A DNA stretch of 63,270 bases, the filler included, from Vannella sp. (lineage: Eukaryota), in the NCBI GenBank assembly GCA_023345925.1. It is 7 parts of 7 records of this genome, joined end to end, with 100 filler letters (N's around TTAATTAATTAA, not from the genome) between each part and the next. Parts side by side here need not be neighbours in the genome. Positions count along the whole stretch, not along the records: positions 4,660 to 18,272 come from JAJQQN010001300.1; positions 18,373 to 35,150 come from JAJQQN010000158.1; 5 more parts are not named here. One strand, given 5' to 3'. Under the pieces are notes generated by a model. The model searched no databases. It saw only the letters and a list, made by a program, of their open reading frames with translations, and was not told the origin of the DNA. A program made the position numbers and the translations under genes. Shown here in pieces: positions 10,687 to 19,036 of this stretch; positions within the stretch are counted from its first letter, which is position 1; every line of letters starts with the position of its first letter.

Positions 10687-11760
10687 ATGGAGGATGCGCT
10701 TCTTGTGGCTCGATCGGGTGATGTTGAAAGCATTTCTACCTTCCTTGATCTCAACCCTGAGTGCCTGAATGCAAAGGTGAGCCTTCGTTGATGACCCTTT
10801 TGCGCTTCTTTGCTCACCCCCTTCTCAGACTGTAAGTTGGCCCCTCGCATTGCGCGACGCTAACAACATCTCAAGTGGGTAGGTCACCTCCACGATTGGT
10901 TAAGGAGGGAGACGTTGACGTGGAATAGTCCGTAAGTTCCCTCTGCAAGACAGACAACAGGAAAGCGCAGTAATGAACAGTGACAGAATGTAAGACGTCC
11001 TGCTCTATTGACTTTAGAGCGACTCACAGTACAGCAGCATGTAAGCCCTCTTCTACTTCAACGCTCAACAAGATGAGTCCTCATCAAGGGACACAATAGC
11101 GCGTAAGTTTGTTCAAGCTCCTTTGTATCTTCAGAGTGCATCAACTTGTTCTTCTCTAATACAAGGCAGGCGGTAAGTCACATGCACATGAGGTCCTAAA
11201 AGCCGCGGGTTTAACAGGAATAGATTGTAAGCTGCTTCTCTTGTTTGAAGGAGCGTTGCATTACTCATTCGATTGCAGAACGTAAGTGGATACGATGTTG
11301 ATGTCGAGAAGGGGGCATTAACAAGCGAAAAGACTTTCTTGAAATGCGCGGTAAGTGGCAACAAAGTATCAGTGGTACAAATGCTCCTTGCTCGGTCAGG
11401 AATCGACCTCCAAGCATCCCCGTATGAATCTTCCGTAGGTAACTGATGTTTATGGGTGTTTAAACTTATTTTGTTAAGTGGGTAAGTCCCTCTTCCTTTC
11501 CTTGTCACCTCCAACTCGGTCGGTAGCCGGCAATGGACCTCGCTTTGCACTACTATGGCAAACCAAAGAACCAAGGCAATGAGAACAGGGCTGAGATCGT
11601 TCGCCTTTTGTACATGGCAGGAGCCAGACCGGTGCGATTCTACCTGACTGATCTCCAGACGCACTAACAATCCGTCTCTGAGTAGGTTCAACCCCAATTC
11701 CAAGAGAAATTGGCCAAGTTCGTCACCTCACACGGACTACCTCCTGTTCCGGTCAAGTAA
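10687..11760 (+). CDS. small ankyrin-repeat protein (~133 aa) containing ten single-codon microexons
   Basis: Exons: 10687-10776, 10829-31, 10876-78, 10929-31, 10987-89, 11038-40, 11100-02, 11170-72, 11224-26, 11279-81, 11333-11434, 11479-81, 11527-11631, 11686-11760. All 13 introns are GT-AG, 44-67 nt and phase 0. Product: MEDALLVARSGDVESISTFLDLNPECLNAK-TWSNHRAIN-TFLKCAVSGNKVSVVQMLLARSGIDLQASPYESS-W-PAMDLALHYYGKPKNQGNENRAEIVRLLYMAGARP-VQPQFQEKLAKFVTSHGLPPVPVK. The 3' end is less certain. Confidence 0.88.
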
Positions 11761-12123
11761 TGAGGGAGGCCCACCTTTGAATGAAAATCTCGCCTTTTCA
11801 CTTCTTTTCAATTCCGGCGAGTAACTCACTTCCTTCAAAACGATAGGAATCATCAGGAAACTACGCAAACTCAAGGTTCGGAACCCGGTTCCCCTTGGAC
11901 TTTCTCACAGTTTTGTGGCTTCTTTGTGTCATCCACTCTGCACTTTGCCCACAGAGTGCTTACCTGAGACGTCTCTACCACCAGACAGCATCCCTTACAT
12001 GACGATTGCAACTATTTGAATCAACAGGTCTGAAGAGATGTCAAAGAGAAGCTTAAGGAAGTCTCAATGCAGAATTCATGTTCAGAAAGTCTAAAGGGAA
12101 GCCACCTGTCTTTTTGAAGATGT

Positions 12124-14835
12124 TTAATCAGTTATTTCAATGGTCACTTGATTGCCCAAAGCCTTTCTGCGAGAGGTGCGAATCCGCATCCGGATTTCAA
12201 CGACCAGGATAGAAAATAGGACAATGCAGATGGCAATCCCGACAAAAGCTGCCGAGATATAAGAAAGAACGAATCCTGGACTTGAAGGGCTGGTGCAGGG
12301 ATCGCCGCTCTTTCCCTTGCCGCTTCCTCCCAGCAATAACGCAAAGTTGGTTAGATGATCCACCGTACCACACAGAGTGCCGTTAGACACTATCAAGCAA
12401 GGATCGTCGCACACCCACTTGCGCTTGAGCTCATCAAATGAGCCCAAGCATTGGCCTTTGCTGCTCTTGCTTGAATTGTTTTTCTGAGGAACGAAGCAGA
12501 TTGAGATGGGAGCGTTAGGCTGGATGGATTGTCCGTTGGAGGTCGACAACACAATACTAACCACAGACGACCCCAAATCGCTTCCTCCTTCTGCAATCGC
12601 ATCAGGATCTCCTTCACTCACTTGTAGGCTAACATTGGGGTCCAGACCGCCCACTTGGACTGAAACTGTATCCCCGCCAGAAAGAACGACTTGCACGAAT
12701 CCAGTTGGGAAAATGAAAGGAGATTGGCTCCCCGATATTGTCTCTGACGCCGAAGTGGATCCCAAAGGTGGAGGGGTCGCGGATTCGAGAGCCTCAATCA
12801 TGCTCGGAGAAGGACTTGCAATCTGCACTGATGGAATGCTTGACAGAGAAATACTCCCACTAGTCAACGCGCTGATGCTTGGAGAAATCTCAGTCTCTGC
12901 GCTTGAAGTTCCTGTGGCTTCGGGAGTGATTAGTGCGCTCATGGAAGTAGAGGAAGCGTCACTAGAAACTGAAGCGGGGGTTCCAGTAGTGGTTTCTGAA
13001 GGAATCCCTTGGGGTTTGAATGAAGAGGATAACGAGATTGTGACGCTGTGAGAGGCGGTTGAAGTATCAGTGAGCGACTGAGTTCCTGTTTCACTAGGAA
13101 CATCAGATGGAGCACTCGAAGTAGAGAAACTTTGTGTTGGAGATGGAGTCACTGTCTCTGAGGTAGTAGCTGTAGGGGTCCCTGAAGTGGTTATTGAAGT
13201 TATCACACTAGGAGTCACTGTCTCTGAGGCAGTAGCTGTAGGCGTTCCAGAAGAAGAGAATGGGTGAATTCCTGAAGAGGTGAGTGAAGGAGTGACGGTC
13301 GGTGTAACAGATGGGGTCCCCGTGGGAGGTTTTGAGCAGGAAATAGAGGCCGATGGGCTTGGAGTGCTTGTTTGGGTGCTTGTCTGTGAAGCAGTGACCG
13401 TTGGTGTAACAGATGAGGTCCCCGTGGCAGGTTTTGAGTGGGAAATTGAGGCTGATGGGCTTGGAGTGCTTGTTTGTGAAGGAGTGTCGCTCAATGTCAC
13501 GGTGGGAGTGACAGAGGGTGAAATAGTTCCACTTACAGAAGACGTTAGAGTCGGTGATCCTTGGACACACTTGTAACCAAAAGATGTCATTGCAAAGTAA
13601 TCCCCAGAGCCACTGACAAAGCCATCGAACTGGAAGTAGGGGTCTGTGCAAGTAGCAGTAAGTGACAAAGGAGAAACCGAGAAATTGAAGCAAAAGGTAC
13701 TAGCGGTAAGTGCGTCCACGACATCATACTGGTTCGAATCCTCCGGTACGCTTCCTTGAAAGAGGATATGAGATGCTCTAGGAAGAGTTCCTGAAAACGA
13801 GATGGTATCATTGCACGAATTAGCACAACAAAGCTGAGCTAGAAAGCTGTCAGTAGACTCGGGAGCCAATTGTAGTCTCTCATCGCTGTCAAGCTGCTGA
13901 CTCACAGACAACGTGATATGCACTTCAATAGTGTGACTGAAGTCACAGAATTTCAAGTCTGTATCACGCCAAATGGCTCCTCCTGAAGATTCATCCGGAT
14001 AGCACAAGACATCGCCGGTAATTGAGCTGCACTGACTGCATCCAGACGGGTCATCACTTAATCGTTGACAAACTGTTGAATTTGGTGTCAATTCTAGTTC
14101 CCCAATGGGTGCGAGGCGAAGCTGAGTTGAACTGCAAGAGGCAGGAGCCGGTTTGGGGCAATCGAAGGTCAAGGATTCCAGTGCAATCTTCTCGTTTGAC
14201 TTTGATGTACCAGAGGCGAAGGTCTCTTTCCTTGCAAATGGATAAATCAAAGGAGATTGTTGTGTTTGCACAGAATTCCTGGTCTTGTCCGGCAACGGAG
14301 ATAAATGGAGCCCCAGAGCTTCTGTAAGTTGGGTTCCCAGCGTTTGTACCTCTAAACAAGTAAAAATCCACGCATGTCTCGGTTGATGTCCCATTGTCAC
14401 AGCAAAGAGAAAGACCAAACTCGTCTCCGTCCTCCACCTTTCCAACCACCCCCATTCTTGTCTTCACCGTCAGGATAGATTCAACACTCAAGTCGAGAGA
14501 GCAATCCAGGAGTGCCCACTTGACATTAGAGAGGTCTTCCAACGGGAGGAATTTACTTTTCTTGCTTGCGGCTGGCATGCAGATGTGGTTCGCGTTGGGG
14601 TACAGAGGACTATCTTTCAATGAGAATGGGATGGAGGGTCAATAACTACTTGCCTGCACGCGCAGGGGGGGTTCCCAGAACAGAAAGCAGGGGAGGTTCC
14701 ATTGGGTCCGCTCTTCGTCGAGTACGCGTTCGCGCCAGTCAGACGAAGGCTCCCGTCACATACTCCATAGTACGGAAGCCCTTTCACTTCCATACAACAA
14801 ACGAAAACCACCACCAGCAGCAGAAGCCTTTCCAT
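12124..14835 (-). CDS. single-pass surface protein: signal peptide, Cys-rich domains, Ser/Thr mucin stalk, GPS motif, TM
   Basis: MERLLLLVVVFVCCMEVKG signal peptide; WVCDDPC...LCGTVDHLTNFALLL GPS motif; TM FVLSYISAAFVGIAICIVLFSILVV followed by a basic tail. The model needs a GC-AG intron and has an unexplained frame switch near 14230. Confidence 0.75.
13145..13500 (-). repeat. coding tandem repeats in the mucin stalk
   Basis: Two ~102-nt copies (starting 13292 and 13394) and two 66-nt-period copies (13145 and 13211), encoding T/S/P-rich units. Confidence 0.75.
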
Positions 14836-15228
14836 CCAACACTCCACTCTGGCCCTAAACACAATGAGCTTGACAATGCCTCTTTGCCCTTATTTGAGCA
14901 AAACCCCGCTTTGGGAAAGGTTCAATGAACTCGTTACGCCGACCTTATTCCTCGTTCGAGCAGGGTAGACCTCCGTTGGAACTCGATCAAGAGCACGTGC
15001 TGGTTGAGGAGAAGCGGTGAATTCTCAAAAGGATGCGTATGAGGGGAAATGCCCTCGCCTCTCCTGCCTCTATTCCCACTAGAAACCTGCTTACGACAGA
15101 AAAGATGTTCAATTTGCTTGTAACAAAAAGGCCGATTGGAATAGAGAGGAGGCAGGAGAGGCTCCTCTTCCAGGAAGAAAGGAGAAGGTCCTGTGGATTT
15201 CACATTCCTTCCGAGACTTGCAAAGGGA

Positions 15229-16473
15229 ATGGGCTCGCTTTCGCTCTGGCCTGAGGAAGAGGCTCAGTCATTGAGGAGTCGGCTGAGTGCGTTTGAGAAG
15301 CATGCTCCTCGCATCCTTCTGAAGACGATGCTCGATGCGGGTGCCTCCAGCTTTGGGAAGGCGTTCTTGTTGTACGCTTTGCCCATGAGTGTCATGCGGG
15401 GCGAGTTGAAGAAGGCTATTCTTCGCAGAGCCAGTGCTTTGGCGGCTTTCATGGGAATGGCCAAGGCAACACAGGTCTTCCTCTGTCAGTTGGAGAATGC
15501 AAAGCTCCGCCACTACTCGCAGGCTATCGCTGGTGGCTTGGGCGCTGCACTCGCTTTGGTGATTGATCCAGGTCTTGGTTATAACACTCTTGTCATATGG
15601 TTCAGCATCCGAGCAGGACGCTGCCTCATCGAAGAGAACAAGTTGGGCGAACTCCTCGACATTCCTCACCTTCCCACCGCGATGATGTGCCTTTCAGCTT
15701 CCCAGATCCTATCTTGTTGGGTCAGATACCCAAGTGAAGTCGATCCCGGCTACCGAAGGTTCCTGGACTTCCAAGGAGGGCGTCCCGCCTGGGCCATGCG
15801 AGCATTGGCGGCTCCCCATGTCCCCATACCGTACCCAATCTACCTCATTCGTAAGCCAGGAGCGAGCTTATTGATGGAATCTGTCTTCTACTTCTTGGCA
15901 GGGCTCAAGCGCGCGACCAAGATCTATCTTCCGCTTTACCTTGCGGCCTTGGCCTTTGGTCTTCTTCAGCCTCGCAATCACACGCTCTCTCGGATAGTCA
16001 AGCTTTTACTCAACGCTGCTGTCAATGTGATGCGTTCAACTGCGTTCCTCTCAGCGTACTGCACGATTGCATGGACCTCATGGCCCCTCTTGAAGCTCCT
16101 TCTTCCCTCTTCCTACAATCGTGGGGCAACCAGAGTGGCCCTTCGTCGCCACGTATGGATGGCAGGACTGGCCACACTCTTAGAACGAAAGGAGCGCCGC
16201 CCAGAGCTGGCAGCGTACTGCACAACCTACGCCTTGGACACTCTTTGGCGCCGTCTTGAGAAGGCTCACCCAGCAGTCAACAAGATCCAGCCGTACATTG
16301 CTGGGCTGCTTCTGATAGTCTCCTGCTCGATTCTCCTTCACCACTTTGAGCAGCAGCCTGCTCTCGTCACCAAATGGGTTCTTGGTTTCACTCCAGAAGA
16401 CGTCGACCGGCCCGTTGCTCCTGTCCCTGATGAAGACTCAGAACAAGCTGAGGAAAGCGTGCAATCTTTGTAG
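15229..16473 (+). CDS. TMEM135-like (peroxisomal Tim17-fold) membrane protein
   Basis: Intronless ORF with KIYLPLY, RSTAFLSAYC, LERKERRPELAAYC and several hydrophobic helices. Confidence 0.75.
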   Translation: MGSLSLWPEEEAQSLRSRLSAFEKHAPRILLKTMLDAGASSFGKAFLLYALPMSVMRGELKKAILRRASALAAFMGMAKATQVFLCQLENAKLRHYSQAIAGGLGAALALVIDPGLGYNTLVIWFSIRAGRCLIEENKLGELLDIPHLPTAMMCLSASQILSCWVRYPSEVDPGYRRFLDFQGGRPAWAMRALAAPHVPIPYPIYLIRKPGASLLMESVFYFLAGLKRATKIYLPLYLAALAFGLLQPRNHTLSRIVKLLLNAAVNVMRSTAFLSAYCTIAWTSWPLLKLLLPSSYNRGATRVALRRHVWMAGLATLLERKERRPELAAYCTTYALDTLWRRLEKAHPAVNKIQPYIAGLLLIVSCSILLHHFEQQPALVTKWVLGFTPEDVDRPVAPVPDEDSEQAEESVQSL

Positions 16474-16615
16474 ACGGTGCTGCTGCGGATCCCTTAAAAG
16501 AGGGAAGAATGTTGTCCAAAAGAGAGTTTCCCACCCAATCGAGTCCGTTTGAACTGCGGAGGTTTGCCCTAAATGCTACATTTGCTATCTTCTGGCTCGA
16601 AGTCGATAAAAGTGT

Positions 16616-18237
16616 TCAAAGTGGACAAGACACCTTCCCAAGCCGGTTAAAGTACTCTCGAGCTCGCTGCACTTTGTCTACTCTGACTCCGTGTAGAGGA
16701 TCTACAGCGTTCTAGAAGAGTGTTAGTACGGTTTGAATGGCCATGGAGAGATCATACGAGGAGATTAGAAGGCATTCCCACCACGATTGAAGGTTGGCCA
16801 GGTCGATTATTCTGTGCTAGAGAAAGTCCATTCAAGGTATAGCAAGTATGATAGTAGTCTGAACCTCTACACCCCACTAGTGAGATCTTTGATGCAAGGA
16901 TTGCCGATTCATACTTAGGAGGCTTATCACACAAACCCCCTCCCGGCGGCTGGCAGCAGAGTAGGATGTAGTCTTGAAGAGCGCGCTGATTGAAGAGCCA
17001 AGAGGCTTCATGAAGAGTCTCTTCAACAAACATTGCTTCAGGAGCAGGTGCCTCTGAAGAAGGAACCGGAGGTCTGGAAGAAAGAAGACTATCTAGTAGA
17101 GGAAACAGAGCTCCCGCCCAAAAGGAGTAGCAGCCATCGACTAGCTTATTTGTCCTCCCCTGAAATCCCCCCTCGTACTGCATCTGGCGGCTGCACGCCC
17201 AGTAAAGAAGGCGGTCCAAGTCCAAAACGTCGACCACACCTGCTAGAATCCCCGCTGCCAGGCCACAGAAGGTGTATCCTCCATGAGCTTCGTTCCCTGG
17301 CTCGGCAGAAATGCCACCTTCAAAGGTCTGGCACTGTTGCAGGAAGTCCCCAACCTTCCAGAGGAGACGTTCGTCCAACAGATTGGTCAAAGAGGCGATG
17401 CTCAGTGCACAGTAGGTAGCACGGATATCAAGCTCCCCGTTGTGGTGCATTCTAAAGCCGCCACTGGGGTCCTTCATAGCAGAGAGGAAGCGATAAAGCT
17501 CCTCCCTGTCAACCGACCGGAAGGCTTCTTCTGTCCCAATGGCACAGAGGGCATTCACAGCCGCATAGGAAGGAGCTAAGTGAGCGAGTTGACCAGGTCC
17601 ACCTGCGTACGAGCCAGAGCGCCTTGCCTGCCCGTCAGAAAGATCTCTCAAAGAGACTCAAGTGCGCACCTGTCGACACAGCGAGAGAGGAAGGCCACAG
17701 CAGAAGAAAGTGTCTTATGACTAACCTCCTCTGATGATATGAGCTCTTGGCCTGGATCAGGGAGCTGCCCTAGAAGGTCGAGCCCGTGAAGGATCCAAAA
17801 GCAAAGCCACGGTTGCGAAGAGTCAAGCCCTTGATGCCCAGAGCTCAGCCAACGTAAACCTCGAAGTAGATAGTTTGTATGCGCTGATCTCTTGAGTAGC
17901 AGCCTGGCAAGAGGATGAGTAGAACCACAGGATGGGGAGGAGGCAGACCCACTTGCTCCTTATCTCTGGCTCCGTCTTCTCTCCTTCAAGATAGGAAGAC
18001 ACGTTGCTCTCTGTAGACCTTTGCTGGGCAGAAGTGATCGTGAACTGGCCCTCATCATCAAAGCGCAAGCTTTTCACGATTGCGGCTCCCACGGAACACT
18101 CAGAGGAGCTAGAAAGCACCTCTCTAACCACCCATCATCAGCTCGTTGCTATCAAACAGAAAGAGAACCCACATGACATCCACATCGCCCTCTCTCGTCT
18201 CCGTAAAGCCCAAATCCCCGAGGGACTCGCGCAGCAT
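16616..18237 (-). CDS. FNTB: protein farnesyltransferase beta subunit
   Basis: GGPGQLAHLAPSYAAV, NEAHGGYTFCG, GFQGRTNKLVDGCYSFW, DYYHTCYTLNGLS, SQPWLCFWILHG; multi-exon. Confidence 0.93.
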
Positions 18238-18272
18238 GGAAAGAGCGAAGAAATAATGACATTTACATAAGA

Positions 18273-18372
18273 NNNNNNNNNNNNNNNNNNNNNNNNNNNN
18301 NNNNNNNNNNNNNNNNTTAATTAATTAANNNNNNNNNNNNNNNNNNNNNNNNNNNNNNNNNNNNNNNNNNNN
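18273..18372. other. artificial contig linker
   Basis: 100-nt N run with TTAATTAATTAA. Confidence 0.98.
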
Positions 18373-18777
18373 GTGAGCCACTTGAGAGTTGTGCATCCGC
18401 TCCACGAGCTGGCACACTTGGCGGAACAGGGAAGCTGTTTCCTTGAGAGAGAAGAAGCGCTCCTCCGTGGACTCCAGCCAGGCCATCAGGTCTTTTGAAG
18501 CTCTCTCGAAGACAACAGCTCCCGTGAGTTCTGGGGTGATGAACACAGTATGGACGGGAAGGGAGACATCCAAGTCAGCGCAAAGGCGAGAGAAGTAAGC
18601 CTCGTTTTCAAACACCTCCACCATCTCATCCGTCTCGAGGGAAAAGAGTTTAATGGCGACCTCGACTCCCTCGGAGGTCCGAGCCAAGCGAACGTGCCCG
18701 TCCGCGCCGCCCCCAAGGATTGATTTTTCGTCCCAATCAGCAAGGTTGGGGAGGTCCTCTTCAATGCACCAGACCAT
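18373..18777 (-). CDS. Ser/Thr protein kinase, N-terminal half (truncated at contig end)
   Basis: LGGGADGHV Gly-loop, VAIK, ...MHNSQVAH ending at the gap just before the catalytic loop. Confidence 0.85.
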
Positions 18778-19036
18778 GAGAGCCACAAGAAGTAATCCAT
18801 GGGAGCTCCAATTACTGGTTGCGCTCTTCCCGCAGTGTTGAGTTGTGGCCACAATTGCGTCCTAATGACGCAACAATGCCGTCATAACTTAAAAAAAGCT
18901 CCCAAAATGACTCGCAGTAGCTTGGATGTTCACGCTAGCGGGAATGAACCAATCACCTTACAGGAAAGCGAGCTGGCTCCACAAGGATCCCAAAGGAACA
19001 CAGGAAGCTTGAAAAGTACATTTAGTGAAGAGGAGC

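Noticed and set aside
10832..11290. GTAAG recurring every ~50 nt, superficially CRISPR-like
   Set aside because: The repeat is only a 5-6-nt splice donor preceded by AG-NNN, with branch points between; no long direct repeat and no cas genes.
11131..11703. 190-aa minus-strand ORF
   Set aside because: Non-ATG start, no recognisable motifs, and antisense to the well-supported spliced ankyrin gene.
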